Assembly: GCA_008632985.1 (NCBI GenBank)
Contig: QPGO01000259.1
Coordinates: 1-64,000 of the forward strand
DNA from: Psammoneis japonica
Taxonomy: Eukaryota
DNA: 64,000 nucleotides
Direction: 5' to 3'
Below, in pieces: positions 50,006 to 61,899 of the stretch. The position numbers were made by a program, and so were the translations under genes. The notes beneath the pieces are model-generated. The model saw only the letters and a program-made list of their open reading frames with translations. It did not search any database and was not told the DNA's origin. The number at the start of each line of letters is the position of its first letter. Within the stretch, counting starts at the first letter, position 1.

Positions 50006-52214
50006 GGTGGAAGAGAGATTTAGGAGGAAAGCACTAAGAGTTGCGTGTTAGTGGTCGTGCAGTCTTTCGGAAAACCCGCGCATTTTTTTCTATCGGCTTT
50101 TCTTGATTAATCTAAAGCTTTGTACCTGAATAATTAATAATTCGAAAGTTCTTCATTTCATACACACAAAATCGAGGGAAAATTATATATCTCTCTGATC
50201 TTGAAGACTTTCATTTAGCCATACGTACCAGTTGAGACGTGCTGTCGGAGGGAGTTTTAAAAATTTCGCTTATTTATTCTAAGAGTGTTAGAATGAATAA
50301 CCTTTCTCCAACGCCCAAATTTTCAAAATCGTTCGTTGACACGAATAGCCCCCTTCTTCTCATTTTTTTCAATTTTCGTGAATTGTGACGGTACGCGTAC
50401 GGTATGGGTCGAAGCAGCGATGTGAGCATGACAATGTGTTTTGCTCCTTGCAGAGGACGCCATGAATAAAAAATCATGCATTGTTGGAAGAAACATTGTC
50501 GTGGCGATGAAATTCATCAAGATCGCCCCTTTCAACAGACTGAATTTTCGTGTCGTATCTTACAAGATCCATGATGTGTGACCCTGTCGAGAGAAAACTC
50601 CAACGATTCGGTCATGCCGAGGCAACGAAAGGAACGTGGCTTTGACGACATGCCAGGGCAATAAGAAGAGACCGCGAAGCACCTGATCGGGAAGCCATTG
50701 TGTGTTGTGCCATTCATGCTGATTTCGTTTGTTCGGACAGACAGACAGACTTGTTGCAGTCGCGTGCGCGATTGAAAACCAGCGAACGAACAAAAGAGGG
50801 CGTTCTGGTTTCTTGCTCACAATTTGAAAGCTAATCACAAACGCAGACACGCTGCAAGCCATATTCAAGTCCCTGGGTTGCTGTCTTGCTTCAACACTGT
50901 AAATGATACCGCAAAAATAGACAGCAAGAGGCAAGGGCATCGACGCAGCATGGCGCTGAACGCAGTGACTTGTGATTTGGCGTTTCTCAATGGCTGTGTG
51001 TTTTGGATCTGGAACCTAGAGTCGAGATTCCACGCTGAATGTCGTTTATGAGTGGCAGTAAGCTTGTCATTCGTACAGAAGATGCGATCCAAGGACAAGA
51101 AACCATTGTTGCTGTGGGGTATGTGTAGCTTCAGGAACATTCGTTTTGTTCTACAATGCGACGCATGAAACCGTGATCCTATCCCTGTCGCTCAATCCAA
51201 CCACGGTACTCGGGGCAGCGATTTTCGTATCCCTAAACCATTTGTGCCACCGGCGGACTTGCCATCGATTGGAACATACACCCTACAGTACGATGGCATG
51301 CTAATCGTTGGGCCGGATGATTGCATGCCAACAAGTTTCTTCTTTTATATTTGGTCCGCGAAAAAAAAAAAAAGACTGTCGATAGATTCGGTAAATCTTG
51401 GCTGTGGATTGTGCAGTCTATCTCGCCCAAAAGAGTCGTTAGCAAACGGACGCCGATTTAGCTATGTTCGGTCCCACCATTGTCACCGATAAGTATAAAT
51501 AGGTGGAGGTCTCCCGTCTACAGGCATTCCTTGTGTTGTAGTGAATGGAGCCACTGCGTGAAGGAGTCCCAGGTGCTCCGTAATGTTTACAAGGGAAAGG
51601 CAACTCGCAACACTTAAGTCGTGTCAAACAAGGATCGGTTGTTCGATTGAAGCTCTTTTAATCAGTGAAATATTCATAGGAATAAGTGATACTTGGATTC
51701 GTTTTATGAAGATCCAAAGCGGGTGAAACTCTAGTTTGTTGTGCTCATGCACCATAGTCTCTCAGAAACCCTTGTGTGTTCGGAAGGCGGCACTGATGGT
51801 AGCCGAAATTGTTGGTACGAGCACAGAAGACTTGTCACCTTTTGAAAAAGGGATATATCAGGTGTGTATCTCAAACTAACTCTCTAGTAGAGATCAAGTG
51901 AAGTTTCCTCCTCATAAAGCCACTCTACTAGAGTCATTCTTCAACAGAGTAGGGTGGCATAGATTCAGCAAGTGGATGAGCTACGCATTATAATTTTAGG
52001 CACCACTCAGACCTGGGAAACGAGATACATATATCAACCGAGGCTTCCTCTCGAATACCTTATTCCGTCAATCTTACACGGCATGCTACACTTCATTATT
52101 TTCCTCTCTTCTCAAAACAACAAAATCATTTGGCAATTAACGTTAACCAAAAGTGAGCCAAACGATGAATGTTCCAATAGTAACAACCCAATTGCCAAGC
52201 AGCCTCACATTACA

Positions 52215-53447
52215 TTAAACTATAACAAGGGCCACAGACATGACGCATCCAAGAATAAGCGTTTGCCAAAAGCGGTTACGAGACAGATATGAAGCTGTGG
52301 ACGGGACTTCCGTAGCTGGAGGTTCCGTCGTTGGCGGACCTGAAGTAGGAGGATCTGTAGTAGGAGGCTCGGTTGTTGGAGGTCCTGAAGTAGGAGGCTC
52401 AGTCGTTGGAGGGCCTGACGTCGGTGGGCCCGTCGTTGGAGGATTCGAGGAGTCACATGCAAGAGTTGTACAACTCGTATCGGCCTCATCGTTAAATTCA
52501 CAGAGTGCATAAGCTTGCTGCTCACTGGCGCACTCTTCTGGACATGTAAGACAGACTGAAAGAGCGGTACAGAGTCCATTGTCTTGACTGGAAAGGTCTT
52601 CGCAAGTCGCATTGGCCACAGAAGCAGCTGCAGCAGATCCCCGGATGCAAAGATCGCACGCTAGTTTTCCAGCATCGCCAGTGCCGGCGGTATCCATACA
52701 TGTGTCCATAGCTGAATCCTCAGCTTCGCATGAAGCACCAGTTGAAGGACACGAAAGAGTCGTGCAGGTCGTGTTGGCCTCATCGTTAAATGCACAGAGT
52801 GCATAAGCTTGCTGCTCACTAAAGCACTCTTCTGGACATGTAGGACATTCTGATAGAGAAGTACAAAGCATACTGTCTTGACTGGAAAGTTCTTCGCAAG
52901 TCGCACCGACCACAGAAGCCGCTGTAGCAGAAGCTTGGATGCAAAGATCGCACAGTGATTTTGCGGCATTGCTAGTGCCAGCGGTATCCATGCATGTATC
53001 CATCGCTGAATCCTCGTCTTCACATGGAGCACCAGTTGGAGGTCCTGTAGTCGGAGGGCCGGTTGTTGGCGGACTCGGCGTGTCGCATGAAAGAGTCGTG
53101 CAGGTCGTGTTGGCCTCATCGTTAAATTCACAAAGCGCATACGCTTGCTGCTCACTGGCGCATTCTTCTGGACATGTAAGACAGATTGAAAGAGCGGCAC
53201 ATAATCCACTGTCTTGACTAGAAAGGCCCTCGCAAGTCGCATTGGCCGCAGAAGCAGCTGCAGCAGAACCTTCGATGCAAAGATCGCACAGTGATTTCGC
53301 GGCATCACCAGTGCCAGCGTTGTCCATGCACGTGTCCATAGCTGAATTCTCAGCTTCGCATTGGGCATCAACGCGCTGATGGACAAGAAAAATAGAAAGA
53401 GAGACAACAACGAGATATGCTATCTTCATGGCAAGCTTTGTGTCCAA
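52215..53447 (-). CDS. Cys-rich cell-surface glycoprotein, 410 aa: signal peptide, three 12-Cys repeats, PPT(T/S)(G/E/D) stalk, C-terminal hydrophobic (GPI-like) tail
   Basis: Intact ORF; repeats start CE(A/D)E(N/D)SAMDTCMD; N-x-T sequons. Confidence 0.9.
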   Translation of the reverse strand: MDTKLAMKIAYLVVVSLSIFLVHQRVDAQCEAENSAMDTCMDNAGTGDAAKSLCDLCIEGSAAAASAANATCEGLSSQDSGLCAALSICLTCPEECASEQQAYALCEFNDEANTTCTTLSCDTPSPPTTGPPTTGPPTGAPCEDEDSAMDTCMDTAGTSNAAKSLCDLCIQASATAASVVGATCEELSSQDSMLCTSLSECPTCPEECFSEQQAYALCAFNDEANTTCTTLSCPSTGASCEAEDSAMDTCMDTAGTGDAGKLACDLCIRGSAAAASVANATCEDLSSQDNGLCTALSVCLTCPEECASEQQAYALCEFNDEADTSCTTLACDSSNPPTTGPPTSGPPTTEPPTSGPPTTEPPTTDPPTSGPPTTEPPATEVPSTASYLSRNRFWQTLILGCVMSVALVIV

Positions 53448-53639
53448 AGAAGTTATGCACGACTCTATCTCTGCAACAACAGTGGGCGCACAAGTAGTGT
53501 GATGGGGCGAACGAAAAGCACAAAACTTTCATCGGATGTTTTTCTGGCCGAATCTGAACGCGCGCGGGTGACTCGCGTGGGGAAGCAAGCGGCTCAACGA
53601 CGAGACGCTGACGACCAGCACAGCTGACAACAGCTCCGA

Positions 53640-56100
53640 CAGAATGAAACAAATGTTGAGGTTGATGGACAAGGTTGAATGACAAAATCTCCCCTCAAAC
53701 CCCACAATCAAAGCAAACCATTGCAGTGATTGCACCCCCTTTTTGCAAACTGGGAATTGGCCTGGGGCTTTGTGTGCTGACGAATCTGCTCTCGCGGGCT
53801 GACAGATGCGCAACAAGCAATGGAGCACATTGCCACTTCAGAGAAATGATGGAATCTTCATTGAAACATGTGGAAAACTCTTTTTTTGCCATTTCTCATG
53901 CTGGCACGCAACTCCCTTTCTCAGCAGCAACAGCAACAGCATCAGAGTTGCCACCCTGCTGACACAAAGTCCGAGCGGCCCTGTTTTGTCATCTCTCATG
54001 TGCCCTCTCCACCATGCTGCATTTGTTGCAGCATGTGGCAAAAGAAACAGTTGCTTGAGCCTTGCATTGTTTGACAGCAAGCAAGCAGCATGACAAGAGA
54101 GTTCTCCCCTTCCCAAGCTTCTGAGCTGGGTGGGGAGAAGAGGTCAAAAAGAAAAAAAGTTTTAAATGACATGCTGATGACAAGAGCAAGTCTGCTCCTC
54201 TTCAAGGAAACCTGTGTCACAGTCTGCACCAACAACAACTCTGCTGCTTCTCAAGCTGGAGCACACCAACAAAGAGCAAAGCCTGTGAAACAATGAGAGC
54301 AAGCTCTGCTCTTTCCATTTTCAAGAACCCCTGCTCTTGGACAGTGTGTCTCAAATCAAAGCATTTTCTTGATGCCAATGGCAGGAAGAACAAGCTTCTT
54401 GGGAAGGGCAAGCTCAGATGGCACAGCCATGCCCAGCAGGAGGGGTGGCAATGTGACACATGAAAAGGCTGGGGCAGCTGCTTGTCACATTTGTTGACAA
54501 ACAAGAACACAGTGTTGACATGCAAAGAACTGCTTGACAAATGCCAGCACACAACACCTGGAGCAAAAGCACAAGATGAGTGCTGACATTGACAGATCTG
54601 TTGTTGATGGATTGCACAACTCTTTTCCAAAAGGCACAAGCACCATGGCACAGCACCTGCTCCAACAGCCAATGCTGTTGACACTGTTTTAGCAGCCTCT
54701 TGCCACAGCTTGCCTGACCCAACAGATGAGCAATCCTCCATCAGCAGCAAAAATGTGCCAAAGCAAATCTTGGAAGCCAGATGGCACAATGTGAAAGCAC
54801 TTCCAGGAGAGCAAGGGTGTCTCTGTTTGAGCTTCAGAAAAGGAAGAAACATGGTGACTGTGTCCATGATAAAGTGCACAGCTTTGAGCTGCTGAAGTCT
54901 GCCCCCCTGGAAGAAGGGTCTCAAGTTGATGGTGGGTTGAGCAGAGTTTGCAAGCTCAAAGATCTGGCTGCACGATGGGAAATTGTTTCTCATTCAGCAA
55001 GAGTGCAGATGAGCTGGCACTGTGCACCATGTGCCCCAACAGCCTGACGTCTGCAAGTCCTTTTAAGTTGTCAGCAACAGCGTGCACAAAAAGGCAATGA
55101 GGTGTTCCAAGACTGTGCTTGCCAGCACACAAAGGATCCATCAAGGAACATTCTTGCATGAGCTCATCAAAACTTGGCTGAAAGAGCAGGAGAGTGCACC
55201 AAACAAAGGGCCAAGCAATCTCTGGCCATTTGTGAAAAAGCAAACAGCAGCACATGTGACTTGCATGCAAAGATTTCAGATCTGATGTGGGCAACACTTT
55301 TGGGAAAGAACTGCAAGTCCACAGCTCAAACTTCAAGCTGCCTGTGAAAAGAGGTGCAGCCAATGCTTTGCACCAGCTCCAACAACCCCCTGACAAAGCT
55401 GAAAAAACAAACCTGAAGCTGCAAGCATTTGCAGCACTGAACAAGTGTGGCATCACAGACAGCCGAGGCCAGCACAAAAAGAAACAACAGAGCATGCAGA
55501 CAGAGCTGAAAGACACTTGGCTTCCTGTGAAAACAGCAGCCTTGAAGAGATGCTGATGTTTGCTGACTTTTCCATGACATGTTGTCTTTCAGCACACCTC
55601 CTGACCAACAAGCAGCTGCTCTGCATCCTCTGCATCTTTGTTGTCAGAAAATTCTTGCCTGTGTGCAGCGAGGAGTGCCAGTGGGGTGAGTGATCTCCTG
55701 GTGACTGGATTTCATCTGTCATTGATGAAGAGCCAGGAGACATGGGCAGGGGTGGTGATCTCTCTTTGGAGGGGATCTGTGATTGCAAGAAGTCATGGTG
55801 ATCAGCTGTCTCATTTGACTCTGGAGGCATGGAGAGTGTTGATGAAGCTTGTGTCAATGAGCTCACAGATGGAGACAAAGATGGCATTTCAGCACTGGAG
55901 ACATGCTGCATCTGTGGAGGTGACACCCAGTCTTCTTCCATTGATGATGCGCTGGAATCATGGAGGCTTGTCATTTGCGGACACTGCCATGAAGGCTTCT
56001 TGCCAGAACCTGCGGATTCAACTCATGGAGCCATGGCTTTTTGGCCAGTGGGTGTCTTCGCTCCGAGAACTTTGTTGTTTGTTGGTTTTGCTTTGTTGTT
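53640..56100 (+). mobile_element. Degraded dispersed repeat with PHD-finger-like remnant, copy 1
   Basis: 54320-54560 matches 61920-62160 and 55065-55560 matches 63500-64000; CCICGG...LVICGHCHEGF at ~55905-56000. Confidence 0.6.
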
Positions 56101-56242
56101 TTAGGCGGTGATTTCGTTGTTTGTATCACCCAGGAGGCTCGAAAATATGTTTTTTTTTTACTGTTAAAAGGTTGGGTTGTTTTATATTTAGCGAGCTCAT
56201 GCAGTTGACAGTGCAGCGCACTGTATGTCGACTCGTCTCTGG

Positions 56243-57178
56243 TTAATCAATTGCGAGGGTTCCAATCACAACTGCGCCAAAAATCATCCAGATGTAGAAC
56301 AAAGGCAAGTTCGCGTCGGTATCCTCTTCGCTAGTCTTGACAAGATAAACCTCACGCGCCATATTCAAAACAACAGGAATCCAAGCATAACCCAAGAGTT
56401 TGGTCTTATCCACGTCTTGGCTAAAACTAAGCAGTAACATCCCGTACACGAACAGCGAGACGCCTAACCACTTGGCGGATCCAAGTATGTACTTATCCGC
56501 TCCTACCTCGAGGCCCCACTTCTTACCGGCATTCTCTGTGTCTAGAAAGTACCAGATGCCTTTCAGCACATTGTAAGCACCACAGATCAACATGACTGTA
56601 TTGGCGCTCTCCAGGTTTTGAAGACAGGCGTACGCTGTAACAACTTGAGGCGCCAAGACTACCAGTACCTGGGCCACGTTGGGGATTCCCAGTTTTTCTT
56701 CTTCATCATTCAGGATGCTACGAAGGACTTCTGCAATCACCGGGAACGTTCCATATCCGACGGCCGTGTTAATGCTCTTGTCGTGGACGAATATAAGGTA
56801 CGCAATGAGAGATGTTGCAACGAAAAATGTCCACTCCTTTCGGCAAATAAAGACATGTTCGGGGGTAGGCTGCTTGACACCATAAGCCTTCATGGCCTTC
56901 TCTGTTCCGAGTACAGAGAGAACATGAGCCGCTAGAAGGATTGTGCTGCTTGTCTTGGCTACTGTGCTCGAATCAAGAGGTCCAGCCCCTCCACGAGGGA
57001 TAGAGAGCGCAGCCGAACGCGGAACGGTGGTGGTAGAGTCAAGAGGTCCGCCGCCCCCGCGAGGGAGAGCAACCGAACGCGGAACGAAGGCCTTGTTTCG
57101 CGTGAGGGTGCTCTTTTCGGCTGTACACACCGATTTGACGAGCACAGTAAGGCCGATAAGGACAGAAGAGAGTTTCAT
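56243..57178 (-). CDS. Multi-pass membrane protein with signal peptide and duplicated PRGG motif, 311 aa
   Basis: Intact ORF; VPRSVALPRGGGGPLDS / VPRSAALSIPRGGAGPLDS; several hydrophobic helices. Confidence 0.88.
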   Translation of the reverse strand: MKLSSVLIGLTVLVKSVCTAEKSTLTRNKAFVPRSVALPRGGGGPLDSTTTVPRSAALSIPRGGAGPLDSSTVAKTSSTILLAAHVLSVLGTEKAMKAYGVKQPTPEHVFICRKEWTFFVATSLIAYLIFVHDKSINTAVGYGTFPVIAEVLRSILNDEEEKLGIPNVAQVLVVLAPQVVTAYACLQNLESANTVMLICGAYNVLKGIWYFLDTENAGKKWGLEVGADKYILGSAKWLGVSLFVYGMLLLSFSQDVDKTKLLGYAWIPVVLNMAREVYLVKTSEEDTDANLPLFYIWMIFGAVVIGTLAID

Positions 57179-58208
57179 GGTTGGTTCTTCGCAGTTGAAA
57201 GTATGTTTGGTTCATCGCAGTTGAAAGTGCAAAGGGAGATGATGACACGGTTCGCATCCTAAAAGATCTTTTGGGATCATCACACGGTGGGTGCGGTTGA
57301 TTGGCGCGCGAAATCACGACTCGTTCTCGCTGTTACCGGCACCGCATGGCACCGTAATTATGTCCGCCGGCAACAGCGCAGCTTCTGAACAAAGTTCACG
57401 ACTACGACAACGATGACGAAATGATTTTTTGTCGTACGCGTGGCTACCGTACAAACAGAAATCTACTCGATGACCAGAGGGTCACACTGGCAGATGATGC
57501 GAGGCAGCTGGAGCCTGTCTGCTGCTGGTGCCATCACCCGCCTTTGAATTTCGGGACGTTTGTTTTGGTTGGAGCAGTGAGCAGTCTTTTGTGATTGATT
57601 TTCCTGCATTTGGGCACTGGGCTTTCAGACTCAGGATGTTGCTGTTTTGTCTTTTGTTTTCATTTTTTGCGGCCGGCAGGGCTGTGGCTCATGACAAAAG
57701 CTGCGTCCTGCAGCAAAGACTCAGCCTGCAGCAAGGGCGTGGAAGACTCCCACACCAAGGCACACACCCGCAGACATGTCATCCACAGATGCAAGGTCAA
57801 CAAAAGACTGGGTTGAAGCAAGGGCTCATTTCTTGCACAGGAGGCAAGAGTGCCACAAAAACAGGAGCAGCGAGTCTCCAGAGATTGAAGTGGTGGGTGG
57901 TGAGAGCCCTGGTGCTCAAAGGAGCATCAAATGGAGGAAATGAGCTCTGCGTGCATTGTGATGCCAGAGCAAGTCAAAACAAGATGTGTGGCACAATGAC
58001 AGATCTTGGCAGCCAAGCACCATGTGGAACCTTGTGCTGCTGTGCTGCCTGTGACATGCATGTTTGCAATCATGTGATCCAATTGAAAACTTTTGACATC
58101 TGTTGTGTTTGCTCACTTGCCAACATCTGAAGAGTGTGCTGGCACATGCAGATGTCACAAAAAAATGATTGTGGGGAGGCATGGCTGTGATTCAAAATGG
58201 GTCCTTGT

Positions 58209-58260
58209 GACAGGTTCCAGCCCCGGGTGACGGGGTTCCATTTGACATTGGCCTGTGCAG
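58209..58260 (+). mobile_element. Solo TIR end of the 4-bp-TSD element family
   Basis: GACAGGTTCCAGCCCCGGGTG followed by TGACATTGGCC, as in family A left ends; partner end not found. Confidence 0.55.
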
Positions 58261-60666
58261 CTCCATGTGCTGCCAGCTCTGCAGCACAAGAATTTGTTTT
58301 TGACAGGTGTGTTTGTCTTCAACATCTGAGCACAAACAACCACCAAGCATGTGGCACAACTGTGCACCTCAATGCTTGGCACAGCAATGTTTTGGTTGGC
58401 CTTGAAGCACCTGACTGGGCTGCAATCCTTTGTCCAACAAGAAAGAACAAATGCCAAAAATGCAGCAAAATGATGAAGTCCAAAACAGAAACTCTGTGCT
58501 CCGCTGATGCTCAGACTTGCTTGTCATTGACATGATCTCTGCACCAGCAGCAGACGGTGCTCAGGGCATGCCCTCCTTTCAGCAGCTCAGCATGCTGCCA
58601 CTTGTTGTTCCACAGAAACAACAAAAAGGAGCTTCGCTTCTGAGGAGCTGTGTTGTCAAGCGTGGCACCCAATTTTTGTTGGCTTCAAGCTGCAAAGCTG
58701 CATTGTGGTGTGTGATGGAATGAACTTGCCCCCATCCAAGGGGACAGCTTCCACCTGCAAAGTGGCTCTTGTCAAAAGACAAAGGCTTCAGCCACCGGAT
58801 CAATCGGCAGACGAGTTTTGGGTCACAGCAAAGAGTTGTTTTGGTTGCTTTGAGAGAGTTGCTTCTGTGGCAATTCAGACCACAACAATTCTCCTGGTCA
58901 ACAACATTGCAAGAGCTCAAGCAAACAAACTGCTGGCACAAGTGGACAAGGCAAACTGAAAGCAGCTGCACCATTTTTGCAAATCCGCCTGCCCTGTGCT
59001 GTGGCCCAACAACTGTGCTGCAAAATGACACAAAATTCCATCAAAGGTGTGCAGAAATGCGCGTGCATGTGACATGCAGCACATGAAAAAAGGCTCAACA
59101 TTGCAGCCCAATGCTGCAAGGTTCCACCATTTGTCTGGAGCAGTGTTGAAGAAAAATGCACTCACTGCCTGGCACACAAAATGCAGAGCTCACAATGCAC
59201 AGAGTTGCACATGCCTGCCTGTGTGTCATCCCTCCTGTTTGGCTTTGATGAGCTCAAATTTGCACAGGTGCTCTGAGATGGTGGCTGTGCATTTTTGCAA
59301 GTTTGGGCCAAAAAACAAGGGTTGCAGCAGCATCATTGCTTGTTCACAGCCCTGGATGAACAAGCTTGCCATGGTTTGAACATTTTTCACATCTGCTGCT
59401 GGGCTTGTGAACAGGTTGTTGGGCAAAAGCACAGCTGCCTGCTGCAGGCACTTGCACACTTGAACTTGAGCAAGCCCCACTGTGGGCACTTGTGCAAGAG
59501 CAGGGTCATGCTGCTGGAAACCCACCCAGGGCTGAAGTGTGTGCCTGGAGCTGGCTTGTGTGCAATGGCCACACCCCACACACCACAAATCTTGTTCCCA
59601 TGTGTGGTTGCTTTTGACCGATGGTGACCAGCTGGCAAAATGGAGCTGTTGCTCTTTTCATTTCAAAAGATCATGCAGTGGCAGAGGTGCATTGTGTGAA
59701 TTTTTTTTGCAGAGCTGTGCCAAATTGTTTGCTTTTTTGTTGTTTCTTGTTTGGCGCTGATGCGCAAGCGGGAATCACTCCACTGCAGGTGCAGCAATGG
59801 TCAAATTTGTGGGCTGTCATCATGATCAAGGAGTTGATGAGTGGAGCCAAGAGGTCTGTCTTTCTGAATTTTTGCACTTTCCTTGCTTCAAAGGCTTGGA
59901 GACTTCATTTGTTTTTCCTGCATGCTCAAGCTTGCAAATGAAAAAACCTTCTCTGCAAAGTTCAGCCCTTTTGTTCCCAAGCTTGTTTTCCTCAATCAGC
60001 CTGTGGAAATGCACAAGCATGATGCAGCCCCTTTGTTCCCAAGCTTGTTTTCCCCTCAATCAGCCAGTGGAAATGCAGTGTGATGTCAGAAGGACAGCTT
60101 GTTTGGGCTGATTGTGAGCTGAGCAATGACAAGATTGACATCCTGTGTCACCAAAACAATGTGCAAAAATTTTGGGGAAGTGACCAAAAGACAATGACAA
60201 AAACCTTTCAACACATCATCAAGCCTGAGAATTTTGGGCAACAAAGAGCATGGGCTCAGTGCAAGAAGGAAGAAAGTCAGCACATTGCTTTTGTCAGCTT
60301 CTTTTGTTTGTGTCATGAGGAAGGATGGGTGGTTCTTTCAACAGCTGTTTTTTTTGTAAAAATGCAGCTCTCCCCCCCCCTCCAAAGCTGCTCACAGATT
60401 GTTGCTCATCGCAGCTGGGAAATGCGGTGCTGCTGGTTTTTCCACCCTGGCTGCATTGCACTCTCTCACACGATGACATGCTTTGTCACAGCAAAAATGT
60501 GCGCACACTTTGACTCTTTTGTGCTGTGCAAGCTCAACATCTTTTTCTTTGGCCAGCAGCTTGAAAGCGCAAAAACACTGCAAAATGAAGTGCAGAGAGG
60601 GAAAAAAAAAGAACACCCCCTTTGAGCAATCAGCAGAGAGAGCGGGGGGTGGCTGCTGGCACAGGG

Positions 60667-60926
60667 GGCCTGTTCCAGCTCCAGGTGCTCCGCGCGGGTT
60701 CGATTCCCATCATTTGGAAATTTGTGCATTTGGCGCAATTGGCTTTTTCCAAATCCGTTTTTTGCCAAATCGAAGGGCAAGTGTGCACTTTACATGTGTT
60801 TTCGGGTGTACACTCACCTTTCGATTTTCGAAACGATCAAAATTGAAGGAGCCAATTGCGCCAAACTGCACAGAAAATCGGCCTCTCGAGTGATGAAAAG
60901 CAGATCACCTGGAGCTGGAACAGGCC
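60667..60926. mobile_element. MITE, 260 bp, perfect 21-bp TIR, TSD AGGG
   Basis: GGCCTGTTCCAGCTCCAGGTG ... CACCTGGAGCTGGAACAGGCC with AGGG on both sides. Confidence 0.92.
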
Positions 60927-61899
60927 AGGGGGCTGCATTTCTCCTCCTCCCCAGTGCACCCCAGCCGCCCTCTCTGCACCCGCCCACTGCCACAAAGAGC
61001 CAAGGCACAATCATCAGACAGCATGAAAGCCAAAGCTGAGTGGATTCCTGGGACTGGACAGCCCGGCGCGCCGTCCCAGTTGCCGCCAATGCGCCAGTCG
61101 TGCGAAATTTTACAGCGATCATGATTGCGCAAGCATGGCATCAAGTGCGACTGCATCCCATGTCCTCACAGCTGCATCACAGATGCCATTTTGAGTCCTG
61201 GCCAAAAATTTTCCATTGAGTGGAACACACACATTTCTTTGAGCAATTGCGTTCTTGAACGGACAGGAAAAGGAAAGAAAATTTCATTCCAATCAAAATT
61301 GACACTGTTGGACAAACACATTGGCAATGATGCACGTGGATTTGCCTGCTTGTCAACAAACTGCCCGCACATGCACTCAATGGCCAAGTGACGTTCTTTG
61401 ATCATGCCATGCATCAGAGATGAAACACCTGCACTCAGTTGTCCAACCTTCACATGAAGATCTGAGATGCAAACCGGGAGCAACCCGCCAGCACAAAAAA
61501 CACGCCATGCTACACTGCAACAACACCACATTGGGTGCCAAGCAATCCAAGACCGGCAAGCACGTGAAAGTTGACCCAACGGCAATCGGGCAGTCGTGTG
61601 TTGTGTGTTTTTGTTTGTGGGCGAGGCATTGTGCCAACAACAACAACAGCGAGATTGTTTCATCGTTGATCACTCCACCACAAAGAAGTGCCAATTATTT
61701 TCGTTGGTTGGCAGCAGCACATTTACGTGTGGAACCAGTTCTGCATGGTTTCCACACCGCAATTGTTCTGGGGAGAGTTGAAACATGACGAAAAGTGATT
61801 CTTGAATCTGAAGTGTTTTGAACAAAGCACAACAACCATGATGACAATGAAAACAACAACAACCATGATGCTCAAGTGTCTGCCATCTCTCTTGCTGTT

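Noticed and set aside
51880..51935. Short inverted repeat CTCTAGTAGAG / CTCTACTAGAG
   Set aside because: Too short, no TSD or RNA-gene features
60690..60712. GCGGGTTCGATTCCC resembling a tRNA T-loop / B box
   Set aside because: No acceptor, D or anticodon arms; lies inside a MITE
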